From an uncultured Alistipes sp. (GTDB taxonomy: Bacteria > Bacteroidota > Bacteroidia > Bacteroidales > Rikenellaceae): a DNA stretch of 64,000 nucleotides. Positions 29,835 to 38,095 of this stretch are shown in pieces. How positions within the stretch are numbered: position 1 is the stretch's first letter; each line of letters starts with the position of its first letter. A model generated the notes under the pieces. The model was not told the origin of the DNA. It saw only the letters and a list, made by a program, of their open reading frames with translations, and ran no database searches. Made by a program: the position numbers and the translations under genes. The stretch is taken from the NCBI GenBank assembly GCA_910576555.1, contig CAJTIY010000005.1:68359-132358 (forward strand), in the 5' to 3' direction.

Positions 29835-30932
29835 ATGAAAAAAATCGGACTTTTTCTGGTCGCGCTCCTGCTCGTCGCGGGCGGTGCGGCGGCGCAGCCC
29901 GCCGGGGGCGAGGTGCGCAACGTGATCTACCTGATCGGCGACGGCATGGGCCTCGCCCACGTTTCGCTGCTGAAGATCGAGAACGGCTATGCGCCGACGG
30001 CTTTCGACCGCGCGCAGGGCGTGGCGCTCATCTCCACCTACTCGGCCAACAACCGCGTGACCGACTCCGCGGCGGCCGGCACGGCGCTGGCTACGGGTGC
30101 CAAGACGAGCAACGGAACGCTGGGCCTCGATGCCGAGGGGCGGCCGCTCCGCTCGATGGTGGCACGCGCCACGGAGCAGGGACGTCCGACGGGACTCGTC
30201 GCGACCTGCTACCTGCAGCACGCCACGCCCGGAGCGTTCTACGCCCATGTCCCTTCGCGCGGCGATCTGAAAGCCATCACGCGCGACATGCTCGCCTCGC
30301 GGGTCGACGTGCTGCTGGGCGGCGGCCGCAAATGGCTCGAGAAGGAGTGCGCCGAGGGGGACAGCTACCTCGATGCCTTCGCCCGCCGGGGCTACCGGGT
30401 GGCCGCGACGCTGGACGAGGCCGAAGCCGCCGCGGCGACTCCGCTGCTCGGTGCGCTGGCCGAGGAGCATCTGCCGCAGGCACCGTCGCGCGGCGACTAC
30501 CTTCCGCGTGCGGCCGCGACGGCGATGCGGCTGCTCGATGCCGATGCACAGCGGACGGGCAAGGGCTTCGTGCTGATGGTCGAGGGTTCGCAGATCGACA
30601 TGGCGGCCCATGCCAACGACACGGAGTGGCTGCTGGCCGAGATGTGCGACTTCGAGCGCACGGTGGCCGCGGCGATGGATTTCGCCGACACGCATCCCGG
30701 CACGCTGGTCGTCGTCACGGCCGATCACGAGACGGGCGGGCTGACCATGCCGAGCGGCGACAAGGATTTCACCCGCTCGGAGAGCGGCATCGACTACCGT
30801 TACGGCACGAGCAGCCATACGGGCACGCTCCTGCCGGTCTACCTCTACGGCGCGGGGGCCGATGCCATCCGCGGCGTGATGGACAATACCGAGCTGGCGC
30901 AGCGGATCATGGCGCTGCTCGGGCTGGAGTAA
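29835..30932 (+). CDS. Alkaline phosphatase, secreted
   Basis: IGDGMG, VTDSAAAGTALATG (phospho-Ser), HATP, VEGSQID...H, TADHETGG; -7 box TATCTTTG at 29820-29827. Confidence 0.93.
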   Translation: MKKIGLFLVALLLVAGGAAAQPAGGEVRNVIYLIGDGMGLAHVSLLKIENGYAPTAFDRAQGVALISTYSANNRVTDSAAAGTALATGAKTSNGTLGLDAEGRPLRSMVARATEQGRPTGLVATCYLQHATPGAFYAHVPSRGDLKAITRDMLASRVDVLLGGGRKWLEKECAEGDSYLDAFARRGYRVAATLDEAEAAAATPLLGALAEEHLPQAPSRGDYLPRAAATAMRLLDADAQRTGKGFVLMVEGSQIDMAAHANDTEWLLAEMCDFERTVAAAMDFADTHPGTLVVVTADHETGGLTMPSGDKDFTRSESGIDYRYGTSSHTGTLLPVYLYGAGADAIRGVMDNTELAQRIMALLGLE

Positions 30933-31002
30933 CCCGCGGCAGGGATGCGGGGCGGGCACTCCGCTCCGTCGCGGCCGCACGCGACGGCCGATGAAAAATA
31001 CC

Positions 31003-31036
31003 GGCGGCGTCCACTGAACTCAAGGTGGACGCCGCC
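31003..31036. terminator. Terminator hairpin between convergent alkaline phosphatase and M56 genes
   Basis: GGCGGCGTCCAC/GTGGACGCCGCC stem, with an A-run on the left (U-tract on the minus strand). Confidence 0.65.
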
Positions 31037-31082
31037 TGCCGCTTTATGGTAAGATCGAGTGCGGTTGTCGGTGCGGGTGCCG

Positions 31083-33605
31083 TCAGTCGGCGAAGGTAGT
31101 GACGACGATCTCGTCGACATCGCCGCCGGCCGGCGACATGGGGGCCGCGTCCGCTGGCAGGGTCGTGCCGCCGGCGATGCGGAAGAGCACCGGCAGCGCG
31201 ATCGAGGCGGGCACGGCCTCGCCGTCGTTGCTGCCCGGCGTCCACTCGCCGGACGAGCTCCGGATGACGCGTGCGACCTCGTCCGAAAGGGCGCGGTCGG
31301 GGCTTCGGAGCGTGGCGATGTCGCCCACCGAGCCGTCGCGTTCGACTGTGAAGCGTACGACGACGCGTCCCTGCGCTTTCGCGGCTTTCGCCTCGGCGGG
31401 GTAGCGCAGGCGCGCCTGTACCCAGCGGCGGAAGTCGTTCAGGTCGCCCTCCTTGTGACGGGGCATGCGTCGGCCGGCCGCAGCCTCGGCCTCGGCCGAA
31501 GCGGGAGTCTGCGTCGCCGGGCGGGCTTCGGCGGTTTCGTCGGACGCTGCGGATGCCTGCAGGCGGAAGTCGACCGGAAGGGTGAACTTCACCCGTACGG
31601 GTTCGCCCTTCTGCGTGCCGGGCGTCCAGCGGGGCGAGGCCGCGAGGACGCGGTGCACCTCGTCGGAGAGCAGCCGGTGGGGCGATGCGAGGGTCCGGAT
31701 CGTCCCCACGGAGCCGTCTTTCTCGATGACGAAGGTGACGATCACGCGGCCCTCGGTCTCTTGTGCCTGCTCCGGATAGCGGATCTGCTGCTGCACCCAC
31801 TGCCGGAAGGCCAGCAGGTCTCCTCCTTCGAATCGGGGCATCCGTTCGGCGACGATGTAGGCCTCCTCCTCTTCGGCCGGGGTTCCGGCGGCGGAGGGTT
31901 GCGCCTCGACGACTTCGGTCGCCGGGGCGCTTCCCGCGGCAGCTTCGGCTGCGGACTTGCCGGCTTTTCGCTGCAGCTGTTCGTCGAACCACTGCGTCGT
32001 GATCAGGATGACGCCGTGACGCGCCCGTTCGCCGTAGAGGCGCACGGCCGATTCGTCCTTCAGAACGCTGATCGAGGCGATCTGCGAGGCGTTGAGCTCC
32101 TCTATCGAGGGGCGCTCCACGCCGTCGATGATGTAGAGGGGCGTCTGTTTCACGCCGTATTCGTCGCGCGTATAGAGGGCGGAGCGCTTCGGCTCGCTGC
32201 CTTCGGGGCGAAGGCCCAGCGTGGTGGCGAACGACGTTTCGGCCACCACGGTGGCGGGTTCGTAGTCGGGATAGAGCACTTCGAGCACCGTGCCGCGCGG
32301 TACGCGGAGCGTTGCGCGCCCTTCGGCGTCGGCTACGGAGCCCTGCGTGCCGGTTCTCGCCTTGAGGAGGGCGCCGGCGGCTTTCGGGGCGGTCGCGTAG
32401 CTTCCTTGCTGCGCCGAGTCCTGCAGGTATACGAGGAGGGAGACCTCGACCGTCTCCGGGTCCTCGGGCTGCAGCGCGATCTCGGCGTTCATCGTCGCCT
32501 GTGCGGCGACTCGGAGCGTCGCGGTCGCGAAGTCCACGTAGCCGATCTCCAGCGTCGCGCCCTGCGGTGCCGTGATCGCGGCCTTGCCTTCGCGGTCGCT
32601 CACCGTGCCGCGCTCCGTGCCGGCGATCCGGACGATGGCGCCCGCGAGCGGGCCGTTGTGGGCCAAGATGCGGAGCTCGACCCGGCACGAGTCGCCCGGA
32701 GCGACGGCTCCGGCGGGCTCCGCCGTGCGGTATTCGGTGGCTTTCGCCGTGAACGAGAAGGCGCATATGAGGCCTATGAATGCGGGCAGCGTGGCTGCCA
32801 GTCGCAGCAGGGCGTACCTGCCGCTGCGTGGTGCGGTCATCATCTGGAATCGTTTTTTGGTGAGTGAATCGCGCAGCCCGTTGGCTATTTCCGGACTATA
32901 ACCGAAAAGCTGCTTGAAGATGGCATTCATGTAATCGGGGAGGCGGAATCCGCTGCGCAGCACGTCGTCGTCGGCCTCGAACTCCTCGGCCTCGGTCAGT
33001 CGGCGTGCGGCGATCCACACGAAGGGGTTCCACCACATCGCGGCCTTCATCAGCTCCATCGCGATGCGTTCGAGCGAGTGGCGGTGGGCGATGTGGCTCG
33101 CCTCGTGGGCCAGTATGGCGTCGAGCTCCCCGTCGGGGGTCTTCGCCCAGACGTAGATCGAGCGGAAGAACGAGAACGAGGCGATCCGCTGCTCGGTGCG
33201 CACCAGCGTGTAGCGTTCCGTGCGGACGATCGCGGCGTGCCGGCGCAGGCGGCGGATGCGGTACAGCTGCCACAGAAGCAGGCCGCAGAGGAGTGCGGCG
33301 CCGAGGCCGTAGACGATGCCGCAGATCGCCTCGGGTGTCACCGTCGCTTCGGGCAGTGCCGCGACGACATGGGCCGGAGCGGCCGCGTCGGGTGCGGCGG
33401 CCGGCGCCGGGGCGAGGAGCACCACTTCGCCGGGCCATACGGGGATGCGCAGCAGGGGGATGATGCCCGCCAGTGCCGTCGACACGAGCAGGTAGGCGCG
33501 GCACCAGCCGAAGCGGACCCGCCGTTCGAGCAGGAAGGCGTAGGCGGCGAGCAGCAGACCGCTGCAGGCGAACGTTTCGAGCAGGTATATCGTCAGCGTT
33601 CTCAT
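31083..33605 (-). CDS. BlaR1/M56 metallopeptidase-domain membrane sensor with carboxypeptidase-regulatory-like, plug-like and two TonB C-terminal domains
   Basis: TM N-terminus, HEASH zincin motif, WWNPFVW, EFEADD; PLYIIDG...ISVLKD...YGERARHGVILIT; two MPR..GDL..FR.WV....RYP...GRV.V.F..E.DGSVG TonB_C repeats. Confidence 0.88.
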   Translation of the reverse strand: MRTLTIYLLETFACSGLLLAAYAFLLERRVRFGWCRAYLLVSTALAGIIPLLRIPVWPGEVVLLAPAPAAAPDAAAPAHVVAALPEATVTPEAICGIVYGLGAALLCGLLLWQLYRIRRLRRHAAIVRTERYTLVRTEQRIASFSFFRSIYVWAKTPDGELDAILAHEASHIAHRHSLERIAMELMKAAMWWNPFVWIAARRLTEAEEFEADDDVLRSGFRLPDYMNAIFKQLFGYSPEIANGLRDSLTKKRFQMMTAPRSGRYALLRLAATLPAFIGLICAFSFTAKATEYRTAEPAGAVAPGDSCRVELRILAHNGPLAGAIVRIAGTERGTVSDREGKAAITAPQGATLEIGYVDFATATLRVAAQATMNAEIALQPEDPETVEVSLLVYLQDSAQQGSYATAPKAAGALLKARTGTQGSVADAEGRATLRVPRGTVLEVLYPDYEPATVVAETSFATTLGLRPEGSEPKRSALYTRDEYGVKQTPLYIIDGVERPSIEELNASQIASISVLKDESAVRLYGERARHGVILITTQWFDEQLQRKAGKSAAEAAAGSAPATEVVEAQPSAAGTPAEEEEAYIVAERMPRFEGGDLLAFRQWVQQQIRYPEQAQETEGRVIVTFVIEKDGSVGTIRTLASPHRLLSDEVHRVLAASPRWTPGTQKGEPVRVKFTLPVDFRLQASAASDETAEARPATQTPASAEAEAAAGRRMPRHKEGDLNDFRRWVQARLRYPAEAKAAKAQGRVVVRFTVERDGSVGDIATLRSPDRALSDEVARVIRSSSGEWTPGSNDGEAVPASIALPVLFRIAGGTTLPADAAPMSPAGGDVDEIVVTTFAD

Positions 33606-33618
33606 GGTCGGGAGGGGG

Positions 33619-33999
33619 TTATCGGCGGGCGCGGTGCATGATCTCGAGAATCTCCTCCATCTCGCCCGTCGAGATCTGCTCGTGCTGCGAGAAGAAGGAT
33701 ACCATCTGCGAGAGCGAACCGCCGAAATAGCTCGCCAGCATCGACGTCATCACGCCGCGCGCATACTCCTCGCGGGTGACCGTCGGGTAGTAGCGGTGGC
33801 TTTTGCCTTCGGCTTCGTGGCGCACGAATCCCTTGTTTTCGAGGATCTTGAGGAAGGTCGCCACGGTGGTGTACTTCGGGTGGGGTTCGTTCGTGAGGGG
33901 AATGATTTCGTTGACCACGGCGTCGCCCAGCCGCCAGAGGATCTGCATGATCTCCTCCTCGCCGCGCGTGAGTTCCGTGCGTTTGTCGTTCGATGTCAT
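33619..33999 (-). CDS. BlaI/MecI/CopY-family repressor
   Basis: LTRGEEEIMQILW, YTTVATFLKILENKGFV, YFGGS; directly upstream of the M56 gene. Confidence 0.93.
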   Translation of the reverse strand: MTSNDKRTELTRGEEEIMQILWRLGDAVVNEIIPLTNEPHPKYTTVATFLKILENKGFVRHEAEGKSHRYYPTVTREEYARGVMTSMLASYFGGSLSQMVSFFSQHEQISTGEMEEILEIMHRARR

Positions 34000-34055
34000 G
34001 GTGCGTCGTTTTGCGGTTCGTCGTGTGGCCGGCGGCGGATGCCGGTTTGCCATGA

Positions 34056-34110
34056 CAAGTTTACTACTAATTTTTTAGAAATACAAATTTCATACTAAAA
34101 AATTAGTAGT
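34056..34110 (-). promoter_or_regulatory. blaI-M56 promoter with two inverted operator sites
   Basis: Perfect 16-bp inverted repeat ACTACTAATTTTTTAG (34063-34078) / CTAAAAAATTAGTAGT (34095-34110), overlapping TTTG N20 TAAACTTG on the minus strand. Confidence 0.7.
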
Positions 34111-34199
34111 TCGCGGCGGAAAATTTCGATACCTATATTTATATAAAAACCCGCCGGAGCGGGGATGCGTCCGGCGGGCGTCGTGCGGGGAGGGAAGGA

Positions 34200-34937
34200 T
34201 TAACCCATCGTGTTGTAGCGTACGCTGGCGCGGATCAGGGCGGCGGCCCGGATGCAGGCCACGTGGATCTCTTTGGGGGCGTGGTGCGGGTCGTGGCTCA
34301 CGAGCAGGATCCGGTCGTCGTCCTGCGAGCGGTGGACGTAGCGCAGGACGGTGTAGGTCTCGCCGTCGATCTCGAAGGCGACGAGGTAGGTTTCGCCCCA
34401 CAGGAATCCGTCGGGAATGTCGCGGACCCGTTTGTAGAGTACGATGTCGCCGCTCTTGAGGATCGGGGCCATCGCATCGCCCGCAATGCGCAGGGCGCCG
34501 TCGCAGGCCGGCAGGCCGGGAAGCGTCAGGCGGGAAACCGGTACGGGAGGCAGCTCGTCGTCGAACAGACCGGCGAGTCCCGTCAGGGGGTCGAGCCGGT
34601 AGAGCGGCACCGAACGCAGGTCGTAGTCGGGGCAGGTCGCATCGGATACATCGGCCGTCAGCTGCTCCTCGGCCGTGGGGTAGGCGTCGCTCGCGGGCGA
34701 GGCCGCAGGCGCTGCGTACATCGTGCCGCGACCCGTCAGCAGCCACTCCGAATTGAGGTTCGGATAGCAGGTCAGAATCTTGGCTATCTTGTCGCTGCCC
34801 AATTCGCTCTTGAGCCCCGAACCTTTGAAGTTCGAGGCCGATATGCCCGTTTCACGGTAAAACGATTCGCGGGAAATGCCGCTTATTTCCAGATACTTGA
34901 GTATTCTTATCTTGATTTGCGACAAAATTTTGTCCAT
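34200..34937 (-). CDS. Phage CI-like HTH repressor with a C-terminal S24-like domain (catalytic residues apparently substituted)
   Basis: N-terminal HTH ...GISRESFYRETGIS...NSEWLLTGRGTM; C-terminal LPACDGALRIAGDAMAPILKSGDIVLYK...WGETYLV. Confidence 0.85.
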   Translation of the reverse strand: MDKILSQIKIRILKYLEISGISRESFYRETGISASNFKGSGLKSELGSDKIAKILTCYPNLNSEWLLTGRGTMYAAPAASPASDAYPTAEEQLTADVSDATCPDYDLRSVPLYRLDPLTGLAGLFDDELPPVPVSRLTLPGLPACDGALRIAGDAMAPILKSGDIVLYKRVRDIPDGFLWGETYLVAFEIDGETYTVLRYVHRSQDDDRILLVSHDPHHAPKEIHVACIRAAALIRASVRYNTMG

Positions 34938-34941
34938 AAAA

Positions 34942-34994
34942 TTTGGTTCGGTCGTAATTTAGACCTATATTTGCATTGAGGATGGACAAAATTA
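34942..34994. promoter_or_regulatory. Face-to-face promoter pair upstream of the CI-like gene
   Basis: Plus strand TTTG (34942) N20 TATATTTG (34966-34973); minus-strand -7 box TAATTTTG (34994-34987); GACAAAATT half-sites. Confidence 0.6.
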
Positions 34995-35109
34995 AAGAAA
35001 ATTTCCGAAATCCGAAACGAATCTGACGCACTTTGCATATTTCCCCAATTCAGCGGTTTTCCGCGGCGGGCGGGGCACATCTCTTAGGGATGCCGGCGAT
35101 CGGTTTTCA

Positions 35110-35153
35110 GCGGAGCGACGGTTTGCCGGCATGTTGCTCCGCCCGTTTTTTTT
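35110..35153 (+). terminator. Intrinsic terminator of the plus-strand transcript starting near 34980
   Basis: GCGGAGCGAC/GTTGCTCCGC stem followed by CCG and T8. Confidence 0.65.
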
Positions 35154-35430
35154 CGTGAGTTGCGGCGCGGTGCCGAATTTTGTCGCACGGGGGCATTTTC
35201 GGGGTCGTCTTCGGGAGGTCGTCTTCGGGCGGTTGTCTTCGGGGGGGGGCTTCGGGGGGCGAATCCGGGGAGTGGCCGGATGTCTCGGGAAGGAGCGGCC
35301 GGGTGTCCCGGGAGGAGGAACCCCGGTCGGGTATCTTCGGGGGCTTAGGTCGGGCGATGTCCGGTGCCGATCGGGTGCCGACGGTTTGCGGGCTTCCGCT
35401 CGGCGAGGCGCGAAAACCGGAGTGACTGTT

Positions 35431-35618
35431 CCGATCCGAGGGCCGGTGTGATGGCGGTTATCCGAAGGGATTCGGAAATCGTGGTGTCGGTTCCGATCCG
35501 AGGGGCGGCGTGATGGGGCGTTGCCTGAATAGAGCAGGAAATGGGGACGATGGGGCCGATCCGAGAGCCGATGTGATAGGGCTTGCCCGAAAGGAGCGGG
35601 AAATCGGGGTGCCGGTGG
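35431..35618. repeat. Degenerate tandem repeat, 3 x 62-63 bp
   Basis: CCGATCCGAG at 35431, 35493 and 35556, each followed by GTGAT and GGAAAT blocks. Confidence 0.8.
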
Positions 35619-35870
35619 TTGTCCGTGGATACTCGAAAGCAGGCGTGTCGGGTGGCCGTCCGAAGCGACGATACGCTCCTGTGCGGGGGCGGGGCGGTTA
35701 CGATGCGTGGCTTGGTGCGGATTTCGGAGTGTCCGGTGAGATGTTGCGATTCCTGCGTGCTGCTGTCGTAGTGGATTCGGGCCTGTTGCGATGCGGTGTG
35801 CGATTGCGGCGGCTCGTGCATGGTTACGACTCCGAAGTCCGGTAACGGCGGTGTATGGGCGTGAGACCGT

Positions 35871-36057
35871 TACGGAGGCGCTGTAACGTCGGAGTGCGGT
35901 CTCGGGACCGGCGGCGTGTGGCCGGAACGCAGTGCGAGCTGGGTAGGTTGTGGGCCTCCGGCAAGACGCTCGGGCGCGAGGTTGCGGCGTATACGGAGGC
36001 GCTGTAACTTCGGAGTGCGGCCTCGGTCCCGGCGGCGTGTGGCCGGGACGCAGTGCG
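35871..36057. repeat. Direct repeat, 2 x 66 bp, 121 bp apart
   Basis: TACGGAGGCGCTGTAAC(G/T)TCGGAGTGCGG...CGCAGTGCG at 35871 and 35992. Confidence 0.85.
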
Positions 36058-36207
36058 CGACGGGCTCAGGCCGGAAACCGCGGGCAGGGGACGTGTGTTT
36101 CGGCGACGGTGCGCGGCGGATCCGATCGGGCTGCGGCGACTGCTCGGCGGGATGATCGCGGTGTCGGCCGGGCAGGAAGCATAGCGGCCGGATCGGCCCC
36201 GGAGCGA

Positions 36208-36972
36208 CTATTTCGCTCCGTGATCGGCCGAATGGCGTACCGCTTCGTTGTCCTTCTCCGCCTTCTCGTCTTCCTCCCAGTCGAACCACGGGAAGTCGCG
36301 GCGTTCGCCGAGCGAGAAGCGCGTGTAGGTGATCGGGAGTCCCATGCCGAGGAACATGCGTTCGTAGGCCGTTTTTACCGACAGCACCTCGTCGGCATAG
36401 CCCGAGCCGTAGATGTCCGGTTCGGAGACTTCGCAGGGCAGCCCGAAGCGGCGGATCACCTCGTCGGTATAGGCATAGAGGTGTTTCGAGTCGGTTTTGA
36501 GGTTCACGGCGCCGCCCGGTCGGAGCAGGCGGGCATAACGCTCGAGAAAGAGCGGCGAAGTAAGGCGCTTTTTCGCACGCCGCGTCTTGAGCTGCGGGTC
36601 GGGGAAGGTGATCCAGATTTCGTCCACCTCGCCTTCGCCGAAAAGACCGTCGAGGAACTCGATGCGGGTGCGCAGAAACCCGACGTTGGGCATGCTTCGT
36701 TCTGTGGCGGTCTTGGCGCCGCGCCACATGCGTGCGCCCTTGATGTCGATGCCTATGTAGTTGCGTTCGGGGTCCCGCTCGGCGAGGGCTACGGTGTATT
36801 CGCCCTTGCCGCAGCCGAGCTCAAGGACTATGGGGCGGTCGTTGCGGAAGAAATCGCGGTTCCAATGCCCTTTGAGCGGGTGGTCGCAGCGGAATACTTC
36901 GTCGAATTCGGGTTGTACGAAGCAGGCGAACGTGGTGTTTTCGCGGAATTTACGGAGTTTGTCTTTACCCAT
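36208..36972 (-). CDS. trmB: tRNA (guanine-N7)-methyltransferase
   Basis: Start MGKDKLRKF; VLELGCGKGEY, GIDIKGAR, ITFPDP, KTD. Confidence 0.95.
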   Translation of the reverse strand: MGKDKLRKFRENTTFACFVQPEFDEVFRCDHPLKGHWNRDFFRNDRPIVLELGCGKGEYTVALAERDPERNYIGIDIKGARMWRGAKTATERSMPNVGFLRTRIEFLDGLFGEGEVDEIWITFPDPQLKTRRAKKRLTSPLFLERYARLLRPGGAVNLKTDSKHLYAYTDEVIRRFGLPCEVSEPDIYGSGYADEVLSVKTAYERMFLGMGLPITYTRFSLGERRDFPWFDWEEDEKAEKDNEAVRHSADHGAK

Positions 36973-37618
36973 GTCGGTCATGCGGTGCACGCGGCACCTT
37001 TGTCGGTTTGTCCCGGAACTCCGGGAATATTCGGTAGTTGTCAGCAGGCCGCGCGCATCGGCCGGATGCCGGGGCGTTCGTTCGCGTGGGGCGGTTACCG
37101 TCGGGGGCCGAGCTGTGCGCAATACAGGCGTCGGTGCGCCTCTTTCGCTGCTACCTGTGTTTCGTGTCGTCAGGTGCCCCGGATGTCGCGGGGCCGTCGT
37201 CTGCGTGCGGCGGCGGGAAGCGGCATCAGGTTCGTGTCGTCTGTGTTTCGCTGCCGTCGGTCGTTCAGGGGCGCGGGGTCGTCATCCGCGTGCGGCAGCG
37301 GGACGGTCGGTTCGGCGCTCTTTTGCGGGCCGGTCTGCCGTGGCTTCGGCTGCCGGAAACACTTCGAGTGGCCGTCGGTTTCGGTCGGCTATGCCGAGTG
37401 TGCCCGTCGTCCGGTATGTTGGACGACGACAGGGTGGCTCCGTCCGATCGTCGGACCTGTCGCGTGATGCGGCATCGGAGCAGGATGCGGCAGAGCGTTC
37501 GTCGCTGGCGGCGTACTGCGGAGCGCATCGTGTGCGGTCCCGTGCCTATTCGCGGGAACCGGTGTCGCTCCGTGCGTGTTCCGCATCCTCTCCGGGGTGC
37601 GGCGCCTCGGCGCCGTCC

Positions 37619-38089
37619 CTATTCCAGCCCGGCCGCGTCGCTCGCGACGATGCGGACGCCGACCGCCTCGATGCCCTGCGCCGGACGCACGGGAGCGATC
37701 GTCAGCCGATAGGGGCCGGTGCGGGGTAGCACGGCGCGCCTCCGGTAGGGGGTCACCCGTTCGCGGATGCGCGTTGCGGAGCGCGCGCGTTGCGGAATCG
37801 TCAGCAGCAGCCGCTCTTCGCAACGCAGCGAATCGGGCGAGTGGGCCACGATGCGCACCGACAGCGTGTCTTCGGCGAAGCGTCCCGCGCTGCGGACGAA
37901 CAGCTCGATGTCGCGGAGCGCGACCGTATCGCGGTTCTCGATGACGATGGTGGCCGCCTCCTCCCACCCGCCGGGATCCACATCGGCGACGGCGAGCTGA
38001 ACCGGAGCCTCGCAGCTCCACAGAAGCATGGCCGCGAGCGTTGCGAGGCTGCAGTGCAGGATCGATCGAAGCCGGTGCGTGCGTATCAT
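37619..38089 (-). CDS. GldH-like lipoprotein
   Basis: Lipobox LWSC; about 150 aa; C-terminal G.Y...I......GI.AVGVRI; follows ricT, an order I recall from other Bacteroidota. Confidence 0.65.
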   Translation of the reverse strand: MIRTHRLRSILHCSLATLAAMLLWSCEAPVQLAVADVDPGGWEEAATIVIENRDTVALRDIELFVRSAGRFAEDTLSVRIVAHSPDSLRCEERLLLTIPQRARSATRIRERVTPYRRRAVLPRTGPYRLTIAPVRPAQGIEAVGVRIVASDAAGLE

Positions 38090-38095
38090 CGTCCG

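Noticed and set aside
34063..34110. Invertible promoter at blaI
   Set aside because: The spacer is only 16 bp, each arm is itself a BlaI-like palindrome, and no recombinase is nearby; a double operator is the simpler explanation
35431..35618. Degenerate CRISPR array (62-63 bp period)
   Set aside because: The would-be spacers are homologous to each other; no cas genes or leader
35131..36155. Short ORFs in the gene-free region (also 36980-37600 and 52720-53260)
   Set aside because: Low-complexity R/G/S/P translations with atypical codon usage, overlapping the repeats
34200..36200. Intact prophage or ICE
   Set aside because: Only a repressor is present; no integrase, structural, replication or transfer genes
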